Made by a program: the position numbers and the translations under genes
Shown here: positions 20,761 to 30,020 of the stretch, one piece after another
Layout of the letters: every line of letters begins with the position of its first letter
How positions within the stretch are numbered: the first letter of the stretch is position 1
From: Acidobacteriota bacterium
GTDB lineage: Bacteria; Acidobacteriota; UBA890; WLXD01
DNA length: 64,000 nucleotides
Reading direction: 5' to 3'
Assembly: GCA_963666215.2 (NCBI GenBank)
Contig: CAXWPL010000001.1
Span: forward strand, 256,001 to 320,000
The notes under the pieces: generated by a model
What the model saw: only the letters and a program-made list of their open reading frames with translations
Database searches by the model: none
What the model was told of the DNA's origin: nothing

Positions 20761-21861
20761 TCAAAGCGAGCCGGCGTTTCTGTACCAAGCGGCGGTCAAC
20801 TCGAACCCTCGGCGAGCTTCGATCTCAGCAGTCATGCCGATCTCGGCTGCGAGCTTGTCGACGCTGCAGACAAAGCCTGGCGCGGTGAGCTCTCGGTAGC
20901 GCGAGCGGTTCACCAAGCCGGGAGTGCCGAGCAAACGCCCTTGAAGCTCGCCGAGCTGAGCGAGCGTCCAGAGCACTGCGCGAGGAACAGGAATCTGCCG
21001 GATCGTTCGCGGTGAGCGGACCTGGCCATCGGGTCCGCGCGACCGGTCGAGAGCGCCGCTGATGAGCTCTGCGAGCTGGCCCTGGGTTACGGGATCAGGG
21101 TGACCCAGGAAGAATTTCTGGTGCAGCGCGGGACCGTTGGCGAGAACCGATTCAGCGATTGCTACGAGCGCCGCGGTGACGTCGTCGACGTGGCCGAAGG
21201 TATACGCCGTATTCGGGTCGCCGAGAAGCGGCACCAGCCCGCGCTTGCCGGCCTGGAATAGAGCGAGAAAGTCCTTGTCGTGTGGGCCGTACACGGCGGG
21301 CGGACGAGCGACAGTCCAGCGCAGGCCGTCGACTCGCTCCACGGCGCGTTCGCCGGCGAGCTTGCTGCGACCGTAGAGACTCACCGGGGCTGGCGCATCG
21401 GTTTCGCGCCGTGGTCGTGCCGGGATCCCTGGGCCGGCCGCGGCGAGGCTGGATACCAGCACGAAGGCGGCCTCGGCATCTCGCGCGGCAACCGCTGCCT
21501 GGCGCGCACCTTCTTCGTTGACCGCGCAGAACTGCTCGTAGCTCACCGCGCGCGTCAGCCCGGCCAGATGAAATACCACCGTCGCCATCTCGCACGCCGG
21601 TGCCATGGCGCCGGCGGCGAGCTCGGCGTCGAACCTTGCCACTCCGGCGGGCAGCGGGTTGCGGCTCGATCGTCGGACGGCCGCGCGCACCGCCCAGCCC
21701 TGCGTAATCAGCCTCTCGCACAGATTCCAGCCGATGAAACCGGTTGCGCCCGTCACGAGAGCGACTCGCTCCGCGTTGCCGCGCGGGCGTTCCTGCCCGA
21801 AAGGTCGGTGGGTCGCCCGCCCCACGTCGCCCCCAGTACAGCCGTCGGGACCCGACGTCAT
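20761..21861 (-). CDS. NAD-dependent epimerase/dehydratase-family reductase, putative oxidized-ceramide/3-ketosphinganine reductase (CerR-like)
   Basis: GATGFIG, VSSLAAAG, YGRSK, RPPAVYGP; ATGA overlap with upstream GNAT gene; function inferred from operon with spt. Confidence 0.75.
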   Translation of the reverse strand: MTSGPDGCTGGDVGRATHRPFGQERPRGNAERVALVTGATGFIGWNLCERLITQGWAVRAAVRRSSRNPLPAGVARFDAELAAGAMAPACEMATVVFHLAGLTRAVSYEQFCAVNEEGARQAAVAARDAEAAFVLVSSLAAAGPGIPARPRRETDAPAPVSLYGRSKLAGERAVERVDGLRWTVARPPAVYGPHDKDFLALFQAGKRGLVPLLGDPNTAYTFGHVDDVTAALVAIAESVLANGPALHQKFFLGHPDPVTQGQLAELISGALDRSRGPDGQVRSPRTIRQIPVPRAVLWTLAQLGELQGRLLGTPGLVNRSRYRELTAPGFVCSVDKLAAEIGMTAEIEARRGFELTAAWYRNAGSL

Positions 21862-23000
21862 CGCAGCCGTTTCTCGTAGAGCCGGTAGGTCTTGGTGTGC
21901 TCACCACCGACGATACGGATCGCCTTCGAGATCCCTTCGTTCTCTTCCAACGTCCACGAACACTCACCCAGCGTGTACCCCAGGGCCCTGGCACGGCGCC
22001 ACGACTCTGTGATCAACAGCAGCTCGAGCCCCTTCTTGCGGAATTCCGGCAGCACACCGAGAAGCAGCATGCGAACACGATCCATGTAGCGCCTGCGGCG
22101 CAGGAGCCGGAAGATCCCGAACGGCAGCAGGCGGCCGTTCATCGGCTTGAATACCTGATTCAAATCACCGAGCGACAACGAGAACGCCGCCGGGCGCCCA
22201 TCGATGTCCATCATGAGTGCGAGCTCCGGATCGAGAACCTGTTTGAGATCCTTGGCCGCGTGCGCAAACTCCGCTTCGGTGGGGGCCACGAACCCCCAGT
22301 TGTCAGACCAGGCCGCCGAGTAGATCGTGCGGACGGCCTCCACCTCGACACTGAACCGCCGCATATCCAGCGATCGCAGCTGCGGCGGCGGCGTGACGTT
22401 ACGCAAGATACGGCGCTCAATGCGCAGCACCCGCTCGCTGAACTCGGCGGTGAGGTCGACGTTCCAGCTGAGAAGGTCCTTCAGCTTGCTGTAGCCCGCG
22501 GCTTCGAACCACTCCGGGTATTCTGGGCGGTTGTAGGGTGTCATCACGAACGGGTCGGTGCCGAAGTTGTCGAGCTGCAATCCGGCCGTGTCGTTGAGCG
22601 AGGGATTCGCCGGTCCGCGAATCCGATCTCGACCGCGGTCGACAACCCACTTCTCGGCGGCGCGCAGCAGAGCGAGCGCGACGTGCTGATCGGCGGCCTC
22701 GAAAAAGCCGAGCCACCCCGTCTCACCATGTATCTCGTTGTGCCGCGAGTCATCGATCGCGGCGATGCGGCCCACCGGCTCGCGCGAGCCCGACTCGGAA
22801 TACGCCAGGAACAGTTGCGCCTCGCCGTGCTCGAAGAAGGGGTTCTTGGCCGGGTCGATGCGGTCGACCTCAGCAATGAGCAGCGGTGGCACCCAGTTCG
22901 GATGTCCACGATAAATCGAAAACGGAACTCGCACGAAGGCGCGTCGTGCGGAGCGGCCCGCCACCGCCTCGACGCGAACGCCCGCTACCGCGTCAGTCAA
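21858..23000 (-). CDS. GNAT-fold N-acyltransferase, putative bacterial ceramide synthase (bCerS-like)
   Basis: WVPPL, NPFFEH, GRIAA, GFFE, GPANPSLND, MTPYNRPEY, AWSDNWGFV, LGVLPEFRKKG, SWTLEEN, KTYRLY; overlaps spt stop. Confidence 0.8.
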   Translation of the reverse strand: MTDAVAGVRVEAVAGRSARRAFVRVPFSIYRGHPNWVPPLLIAEVDRIDPAKNPFFEHGEAQLFLAYSESGSREPVGRIAAIDDSRHNEIHGETGWLGFFEAADQHVALALLRAAEKWVVDRGRDRIRGPANPSLNDTAGLQLDNFGTDPFVMTPYNRPEYPEWFEAAGYSKLKDLLSWNVDLTAEFSERVLRIERRILRNVTPPPQLRSLDMRRFSVEVEAVRTIYSAAWSDNWGFVAPTEAEFAHAAKDLKQVLDPELALMMDIDGRPAAFSLSLGDLNQVFKPMNGRLLPFGIFRLLRRRRYMDRVRMLLLGVLPEFRKKGLELLLITESWRRARALGYTLGECSWTLEENEGISKAIRIVGGEHTKTYRLYEKRLR

Positions 23001-24207
23001 TCACGCGATGCCGACGACCCACATCGGCGAAGACCGCGAGACCCTCGTCGATTTCCTCGCGGCTGTGGCTGGCGTTGACCGCCGTGCGGATCAGGCACTG
23101 TCCGTCGGGGACGCTTGGCGGCAACGCCGGCAGCGCGAAGATCCCGGCGTCCCAGACGCCTTTCCAGAGCTGCAGCGTGCGTGCCTCGTCGCCAATCGAC
23201 ACCGGGATAATCGGCCCTTCAGAGGTCAGAACGTCGAAGCCGAGACCACGGAGACCGTCTCGGAACTGCCCGATCCGATTCCACAGCGTCTCGCGATGCC
23301 AGGGCTCACTAGCGACAATCTTCACGGCGCGACTGGTGATCGCCACCTGCGCAGGCGGCAGCGCCGCGGTAAAGATAAAGGGTCGAGCAACGCACTTCAC
23401 GAAGTCCACCACTCGAGCGTCGCCTGCCACGAAGCCGCCCACCGAGGCGAATGCCTTGGAGAACGTGCCGATAATGAGGTCAACCTCTTCTTCGAGGCCG
23501 AAGCGCTCGGAAGTACCACGGCCGTTGGCGCCCAGCACTCCGGAGGCATGGGCATCGTCGACAACGATCCGCGCTCCGTAACGCTTGGCCACGTCGACGA
23601 TGGCCGGCAGGTTCGCGACCGAGCCACTCATCGAGAAAACGCCGTCGGTAACAACCAAGCGACCACCGCGTTTCCCTTCGTCGCTCCGCAGTAGCCTTTC
23701 GAGATCCGCGATGTCGTTGTGCCGGTACTTGCGTAGCTTGCCGAACGAGAGGCGCGCCCCGTCGAAAAGGCTGGCGTGATTCTCGCGGTCGAAATAGAGA
23801 ATGTCGTGACGATCGGCAAGTGCCGTGATCACGCTCAGCGAGCCCAGGAAGCCGGTGCTGAACGTCAGCGCAGCTTCCTGGTTGAGGTAGGCCGCGAGCT
23901 CGGCTTCGAGAGATTCGTGCAGCGCCAAGGTGCCGTTGAGGAAGCGCGAGCCGGTGCAGCTGGTGCCGAACTCGTCGAGTGCGGCGGTGCCGGCGCGGCG
24001 CACTCGTTCGTCCTGCGACAAACCCAGGTAGTCGTTGGAGCCCATCATTAACATGCTCCGTCCCTCGACCGTCACGCGGTTGCCGTCCTGGCCTTCGAGC
24101 GGCTTGAAGTACGGAAACAGCCCTACGTCGCGCAGGTCGTTGGCGCGCGAGAAGCTGCGCGCCTTCTCGAAGATATCGACGGTTCGAGTTGCCGTGTCGG
24201 TCGTCAT
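22993..24207 (-). CDS. spt: Serine palmitoyltransferase-like alpha-oxoamine synthase (PLP)
   Basis: GLFPYFKPLE, MGSNDYLGL, SCTGSRFLNGT, NHASL, DGVFSM, DDAH, PLP-Lys motif GTFSKAF, FIFTAALPP; N-terminus and GTFSK resemble bacterial SPT more than BioF/Kbl. Confidence 0.8.
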   Translation of the reverse strand: MTTDTATRTVDIFEKARSFSRANDLRDVGLFPYFKPLEGQDGNRVTVEGRSMLMMGSNDYLGLSQDERVRRAGTAALDEFGTSCTGSRFLNGTLALHESLEAELAAYLNQEAALTFSTGFLGSLSVITALADRHDILYFDRENHASLFDGARLSFGKLRKYRHNDIADLERLLRSDEGKRGGRLVVTDGVFSMSGSVANLPAIVDVAKRYGARIVVDDAHASGVLGANGRGTSERFGLEEEVDLIIGTFSKAFASVGGFVAGDARVVDFVKCVARPFIFTAALPPAQVAITSRAVKIVASEPWHRETLWNRIGQFRDGLRGLGFDVLTSEGPIIPVSIGDEARTLQLWKGVWDAGIFALPALPPSVPDGQCLIRTAVNASHSREEIDEGLAVFADVGRRHRVID

Positions 24208-24398
24208 GAACATGTGCTTCCGCGCGGTCGCGGTAGCCCAACCTGGAGCGCGCGAGTTGCGCACCCGATCCAAGTCGATAACCGCTACGCAGCAGCCGAT
24301 AGAGGGATCGCGTCTCGTATGAACCGTAAGACGATGCCGCTAGTGGAGTGAAACAGCAACTCCCAGGCGCCCACTAGGGTACGCCCAATGCCAAGTGG

Positions 24399-25094
24399 CT
24401 AGTGCGCCGAGTCTGCGGGTTCGGCCCGGAGTTCGGCGATGCGGGCTTGTAATCGCCCAATAACCTCCTCGACGCTTTCCTCCTGGAGCAAGCGCCGGAA
24501 CCGAGTACGCCACCCCCGAACCGTATTCGAGCCATCGAAAACGTAGTTGACGATCATCCAGCCGCTGTCCGATCGGCGCAACTCGTAGTCGAGAGTGAAC
24601 TCCTCGTCGTCATAGTACGCCAGCGTGTTGACAGTGGCAGTGTCGATTTCGACCTCTTCGCCGATGTACTCGAAACGCTCGGCGCGATAGCGACCGAGGC
24701 TCTTGACCGAGCGCACCCGCAGCAGCTCGGCGAACGTGCTGCCGAACTCCGCGCACACTGTCGGGTCGGCGGTACAGAGCTCGCCAACCGCCGCTTCCGA
24801 CATGGCGGCGAAATCGGTGACCCCGTCCATGATTTGGTAAACCTCCGCTTCGGCTTCGGGGGCCAGCGCGTCGGAGTCACCGAACTTGGCGAGGATCGCA
24901 GCGTTCGAGCCGCGCACCGCGTCGAGCGGCGTGGTCGCCTCAACGGCTGCCTGTGCCACCTGGGCCCCCAGGGCTACGTGCCCGCGCCCGCGCGTCGTGA
25001 CCGGACTCGCCAATACGAGCGCGCAGGTCAGTAGGGCGAGAGCGGGGGTGGTTCGACTTGGAAGCCTTCGGTTACGAGCTTGTCGCGTTGCCAT
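24399..25094 (-). CDS. MlaC/Ttg2D (HpnM-like) periplasmic lipid-binding protein
   Basis: Signal peptide, TDFAAMSEAAVG, FAELL, LDYEL, WMIVNYVFDGS...RTRFRRLL; overlaps tolC 3' end. Confidence 0.75.
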   Translation of the reverse strand: MATRQARNRRLPSRTTPALALLTCALVLASPVTTRGRGHVALGAQVAQAAVEATTPLDAVRGSNAAILAKFGDSDALAPEAEAEVYQIMDGVTDFAAMSEAAVGELCTADPTVCAEFGSTFAELLRVRSVKSLGRYRAERFEYIGEEVEIDTATVNTLAYYDDEEFTLDYELRRSDSGWMIVNYVFDGSNTVRGWRTRFRRLLQEESVEEVIGRLQARIAELRAEPADSAH

Positions 25095-26508
25095 TCTCAA
25101 CCCATGTCAAATAGAGATCGAAGTCGCCCAGAACAAACGCCAGCTCGACCAGAGCGATCCTGAACTCATACTCCTGCGCAACCACCTGGGCCCGCAAGCG
25201 ATAATCCTGCCTGTAGGCCTTGACGAGCGGCTCTGCCTCGCCGATGCCCAGGTCGAACTCGTCGGCGGCCGCGCGTAACCAGCGCCGGGATACCAGGCGC
25301 GTTTCGATCACCGTGTCGAGCAACATGCGACTGCGGGCAAGCTTCGCGTATGCGGCTCGGACGTCGAGCTCGACCTTCATCTGCAGCGCTTGCGCCCGCG
25401 CCTCGGTGGCGTCGCGTTGGATCTTTCTGCGCGTGTACTCGATGTCGTGCTTGGCGAAGTTGAGATCCCAACGGGCCCCGAGCGCAGCCCCGCCCTGGCG
25501 GTAGTTGAACGAGTCGAAGGCGAACGGGTTCGTCTGGTCGTCGCGGTTCGGCGCGTACGCCAGCCGGAAGCCACCGCCCACAACGATCAGCGGCCAGCGC
25601 TCGCTGCGCGCCTGATCCATCGCCGACCCGAGGGCGTCCACGGCGGCATGTAATGCTCTCAGCTGGGGGCTAACACGGGCAGCCCGCGCCACGAGGCCCG
25701 CCACGTCGTCGGCCGACAGCGCTGACTCGGGCGCCTCGTCGACGACTGTGAACAACGCGTTATCGGCAAGCCCCAGGAAGGTCGCTAGCGTCCGACGCAC
25801 GAGACGACCCCCGTCGAACGCCTCCTGGTACACCTTCTCGATCTCGTAGCGGCTGCTCTGGACTTCGTACGCGTCGTTCGGATCGATCGCGTCGTCAGCA
25901 AGCTTTTCCTCGATCTGCTCGAGAATCTCCTCGTAGGATTGTCGCAGGTCCTCAGCGACCTCGAGCGCCGCTTCGGCCGCCGCGAGGCCCCAGTAACCCT
26001 TGATAACCTCGAGGCGAATCTCGTTGCGGGCCTGGTCAAGCCTCGCTTCCTCGGCACTGAGGGCGCCGCGCGCCGCTGCGGCGGCGTTCGAGATACGCCC
26101 AAATCCGTACAGCGGAATCTTGAAGCCGATGTCGAGCTTGACGAACGGGCCGAAACTGCTGAAGGCGTTGGCGGAGTCGGGCGAAAACACGGGGTTGCCG
26201 CGAGCCTCGGGCACCGCGCCGCCCTGTGCGTTGAGAGTGAACTGCGGCAGGCTCCAAAAGCCGTCGAACCGCTGTACATCGAGGCGCGTCCTCTCCACGT
26301 CGAGCTCGTGGGCGCGAGCCAGCGGACTGTTCGCCATCGCCAGTGCGAGAGCACGCCGCACGGTGAGCTCGGTGCCTGGGCGATCCGCGGAGCGAGCGCC
26401 ATGATCCGGAGCTTGTGCAGACGCCGAACCGCCCCAGCCCAGGCAAACTGCCGCGGCGCTTGCAACAAGCAGACTGGGCGCGAGCATGATGGATCTTGGG
26501 AGTCGCAT
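25072..26508 (-). CDS. TolC-family outer-membrane efflux protein
   Basis: Signal peptide, LTVRRALALAMANSP, two OEP repeats with coiled coils (EVIKGYWGL; DVRAAYAKL), FDLGIG. Confidence 0.8.
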   Translation of the reverse strand: MRLPRSIMLAPSLLVASAAAVCLGWGGSASAQAPDHGARSADRPGTELTVRRALALAMANSPLARAHELDVERTRLDVQRFDGFWSLPQFTLNAQGGAVPEARGNPVFSPDSANAFSSFGPFVKLDIGFKIPLYGFGRISNAAAAARGALSAEEARLDQARNEIRLEVIKGYWGLAAAEAALEVAEDLRQSYEEILEQIEEKLADDAIDPNDAYEVQSSRYEIEKVYQEAFDGGRLVRRTLATFLGLADNALFTVVDEAPESALSADDVAGLVARAARVSPQLRALHAAVDALGSAMDQARSERWPLIVVGGGFRLAYAPNRDDQTNPFAFDSFNYRQGGAALGARWDLNFAKHDIEYTRRKIQRDATEARAQALQMKVELDVRAAYAKLARSRMLLDTVIETRLVSRRWLRAAADEFDLGIGEAEPLVKAYRQDYRLRAQVVAQEYEFRIALVELAFVLGDFDLYLTWVENGNATSS

Positions 26509-26865
26509 GTGCACAGCCGGCGGAAGGCCTGAGGGCGGCGGGCCAGAGAAACTCACCCTACCATTCGGCGCTGGCAGTGGACCGCCCGCTCACGCCGGCC
26601 GTATTCTGGCAACCAAGCCCCCGCGAGCAAACCGGGCCGCGACTTGACGGCCCCCTGCCCGTCTAAGAGGCTTTGCCGCAAGAAGCGTGCAACTCAAACC
26701 AGCCCCGGTACCGATGCGCGCTCGAACTCGCGAGTCTCGGGCTCGCACCCGCCGGCATCTCTAAAGAGGCCGACGCCGGATCCGAACATCCGGCCGCCGC
26801 AACTCGCGCCTCAACCGGCAGCCCTTTGGAGCACTCGTGGCCCTCGCGTCCCCGGTTTTGTCGTG

Positions 26866-29286
26866 ATGCAAGTCCCTCAGCGCCGCAGACGCCACAGGAC
26901 CCTCTTCTACAAGGAGATCCGCGCCATCTGCCGATTCTCGTATCGGCACGCGTACCTCGTGTTCGCCGCATCTCTGGTGCTCTGCGTACCGGCTTTCTTC
27001 GAGGCGCGGAAGATCGGACTCGACACCGACCTCACGCGCTTGCTTCCGTCGAGCAGTGACGCGGTCCGCTGGACCGAGGAGCTCAAGCCGGTTGTGGGCG
27101 ACGGGGGCTACTTCAGCTTTATCTTCGAGGGAAGCGACCACGACGCGCTCGTGCGCACCGTCGAGGAGACCGCGCGGCGCGTTCGGCAGCTCGACGGCAT
27201 CGACGCGATCGACTACCGCTTCCCCGTCGACTTCCTCAACAAGCACCGCTACCTGCTGATTCCCACCGCCCAGCTGCGCGACCTCGTCGATACCGTCGCC
27301 GAGTGGGAAGAACAGGCGAACCCGTTTCTTGACGATCTCGGCCTGGGCGACGAAGAGAGCGAGCCGACGAAGGACGACGACCTCGAGCGACTCATCTCTC
27401 GCTACGGCAACTTTCCCGACTACAACGAGCATCCCGACGGCGGGATGCTGGGCATGCTCGTACATCCGCGCGACGGCATCAGCAACATGGGGGCGGTGCG
27501 CGACATGTATCGCGAGATGGACGCGATCTGTGCCGAGATCGCCGCCGCAAACGGCGTTGCGTACGGCATCGGCGGTTCGCTGCGCAACCGAGTCGACGAG
27601 TTCGACGTTCTCATCGAGGACCTGGGCCGCTCGGGCACGATTGCCGTCCTCGCGATCTTGTTGACGTTGATGATCAGTTTCCGCTCGATACGTGTGCTTC
27701 CGGTACTTCTGTACCCACTGGCGGCCGGGCTGCTGTGGGCGTTCGCCTTTGTCCCCTACTTGGTGGGTGACCTCAACACGATCACGTCATTCCTGTTGAT
27801 GGTGCTGTTCGGGATGGGGGTCGACTACTCGATCCATCTGGTCAAGCGTTTTCGCCTCGAGATCGCGCACCGGGATGAGCTCGACGCGCTGATCGAGACC
27901 TTCACGTCGACGGGCCGTTCGGTGGCGACCTCCGGGGTAACGACCGCGCTGGGCCTGTCGATTCTGGCGATCTCCGATTTCCGCGGATTCTCCGACTTCG
28001 GCAGAATCGGCGGCAGCTCGATGATAATCGTGACGTTGGCGATGCTCTTCCTGATGCCGGCCATCTTGATTGTCGGCAAGCGCTGGGGTCTGGTCACGGC
28101 GCGTGTCCCCAACCTGCCCAGCAAACACCTGGCGCTGCCGCCTCGCTGGGCCGCGGCTACGGTGACGGCGCTCGTCCTCATGTCGGCCGGTGCGGGAATG
28201 ACCTGGATGAGCTTCGACTACGACTTCACCAAGGTCAGCACCTCGCTACCGGAGACCGAGGTCATTCAACAGAAGGAGCGCGACATCTATCCCTTCTTTT
28301 TCGGCCCCGCCGCGGTGTGGGTCGCCCCTGACCTCGAGACCTTGGACAGCGCGCTCGACCTCCTGTACACGGCGCGAGGCGAAGAGAACACGCCTATTGG
28401 CGCGATCTCCAGCATGCGTGACTTTGTTCCGTCAGAGAGCGAACGTCGAGAGCGGCTTCAGCTGTTGTCGGAGATCAAGGAGATCCTCGGCGGACGCTGG
28501 GTGCGCAGGGTCGAGGATCCGGATCGACTGCGGGCGATTGAGGATCTGCAGGCCTGGGTCGCTCCAGACGAGCCCATCACGGTGGAGGATCTACCTGCTT
28601 CGATTCGGCGCGGGCTCGAAGCACGCGACGGCTCCGGCGAGCTGATGCTCGCCGCCAACGTCAACGGCCCGGTTCGCGACGGCCAGCTCAGCATGCGGTT
28701 CACCGAACGTATCTACGATCTCGACATGCCCGCCGCGCTGCGTGGCCCCACGGGCGAGAAGCCGGTGCTCGCCGAGATCCTCTGGCTGGTCACGAGACAG
28801 GCGCCCCTCATTGTCGGACTCACGCTCATCGGCGTCTTTCTGCTGGTCGCGCTGGATCGCCGCTCGCTGCTGCAAACGGTGTGGGTACTGCTGCCGCTGG
28901 TCTCTGGGCTGATCCTCACGTTCGGCGTCTGCGTGGTCTTTGGCTGGAAGCTCAACTTCCTCAACATGGTCACTCTGCCAGCACTGCTGGGGATCGCGGT
29001 CGACCATGGGATCCACTACTACCGCCGTTGGCGCGAGCTCGAGCGCGACACCGCCACAACCCAGCGCGAGCTCTTCGAACCCATCACCGTGAGCACTCTG
29101 ACGACGATCATGGGTTACGCCGGCATGGCCTTCGCTCGCCACCCCGGGCTGCGCTCGATCGGTCACCTCGCGATCGTCGGCCTCGTCTGCACATGGCTGA
29201 CCGCGCTGATCCTTTTGCCCGGCCTGCTCGGCTGGCGCGCGCGCCAGAGGACGGGAGCTCCGTCGAAGACTGCTACCGTCGGCTAG
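26866..29286 (+). CDS. MMPL/RND-family lipid transporter (HpnN-like)
   Basis: Duplicated architecture with ~12 TM and two periplasmic loops; LDTDLTRLLP, GMGVDYSIHL, GIAVDHGIH, HPGLRSIG. Confidence 0.88.
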   Translation: MQVPQRRRRHRTLFYKEIRAICRFSYRHAYLVFAASLVLCVPAFFEARKIGLDTDLTRLLPSSSDAVRWTEELKPVVGDGGYFSFIFEGSDHDALVRTVEETARRVRQLDGIDAIDYRFPVDFLNKHRYLLIPTAQLRDLVDTVAEWEEQANPFLDDLGLGDEESEPTKDDDLERLISRYGNFPDYNEHPDGGMLGMLVHPRDGISNMGAVRDMYREMDAICAEIAAANGVAYGIGGSLRNRVDEFDVLIEDLGRSGTIAVLAILLTLMISFRSIRVLPVLLYPLAAGLLWAFAFVPYLVGDLNTITSFLLMVLFGMGVDYSIHLVKRFRLEIAHRDELDALIETFTSTGRSVATSGVTTALGLSILAISDFRGFSDFGRIGGSSMIIVTLAMLFLMPAILIVGKRWGLVTARVPNLPSKHLALPPRWAAATVTALVLMSAGAGMTWMSFDYDFTKVSTSLPETEVIQQKERDIYPFFFGPAAVWVAPDLETLDSALDLLYTARGEENTPIGAISSMRDFVPSESERRERLQLLSEIKEILGGRWVRRVEDPDRLRAIEDLQAWVAPDEPITVEDLPASIRRGLEARDGSGELMLAANVNGPVRDGQLSMRFTERIYDLDMPAALRGPTGEKPVLAEILWLVTRQAPLIVGLTLIGVFLLVALDRRSLLQTVWVLLPLVSGLILTFGVCVVFGWKLNFLNMVTLPALLGIAVDHGIHYYRRWRELERDTATTQRELFEPITVSTLTTIMGYAGMAFARHPGLRSIGHLAIVGLVCTWLTALILLPGLLGWRARQRTGAPSKTATVG

Positions 29287-29433
29287 TCGATCCTGCGCTC
29301 CTGGGTCCGATTGCGTTGGCCAGGCGCTCGAGCTCGCAGGTAGCTCTCTCAGGCAACCCACGGCCTCCCTGCACTCCGCACGCATTGAACGATTGCGCGC
29401 CCACAGGACCCTCACTAGACTGTCCGGCTTGGT

Positions 29434-29508
29434 TGGGACGTCGTCCAATTGGCAGGACATACGGTTCTGGTCCGTAGTATCGGGGTTCGAGTCCCTGCGT
29501 CCCAGCCA
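29434..29508 (+). tRNA. tRNA-Gln(CTG)
   Basis: TGGGACG acceptor / CGTCCCA-G-CCA, TACGG-TT-CTG-GT-CCGTA, GGTTCGAGTCC. Confidence 0.95.
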
Positions 29509-29556
29509 ATCATCTTCACGCGAGTCGGGCCACGCAGCGCCGAATCTGTTGCGCTT

Positions 29557-29836
29557 CAGCCCGTGGTGGAAGTGTGGCGGGCCTGGTTACGGCGAGTTGG
29601 GGGCGGATGCAAGGCGGCCTGACGCAGGCGATGGTTGCCCCATCGTCGAGGAAGGCCAACACCGCAGACGCCCCCAAATCGCCGTAACCCCCCGATGCAA
29701 AGATCCGGCAGGGGCCCGCGGTCGTATGCTTCGTCGTTCGTCGTCAACGATGCCTTGAGCATCGCTTCCTCCTCTCTCCTCGCCTCCGCCTCGCAAGACC
29801 CTGTCGCCAGGCCCACCACACTTCCACCACGGGCTG
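29557..29836. repeat. Nested inverted-repeat element (MITE-like)
   Basis: Outer IR 29557-29586 vs 29807-29836 (29/30 match); inner IR 29585-29605 vs 29669-29689 (20/21); internal hairpins GCCTG-acg-CAGGC, CGATGG-ttgcc-CCATCG, CGATGC-cttga-GCATCG. Confidence 0.75.
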
Positions 29837-30020
29837 CTAGGGCGCGTTTCGCCGCGCCGCAGTAAGGGTCGCAGTCACCCCGCGCAGCTCAACTCCGGCG
29901 ATTGCTTCGCCTATGCTCTACCCAGGACAAGCGGTGAGCCACTGCTGTTCGCGGGAGGGAACTGCTCACCTACCGACACCCGGCCAGCGAAAACCTGAGC
30001 GCCACCACACGAGAGCGACC

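Noticed and set aside
26620-26700. c-di-GMP-I riboswitch-like GCAAACC...GTCTAA words upstream of the MMPL gene
   Set aside because: Lacks the GNRA-capped P2 and GACGCAAAG core
29557-29836. Retron msr-msd interpretation of the nested inverted repeats
   Set aside because: No reverse transcriptase gene nearby; kept only as MITE-like/structured element
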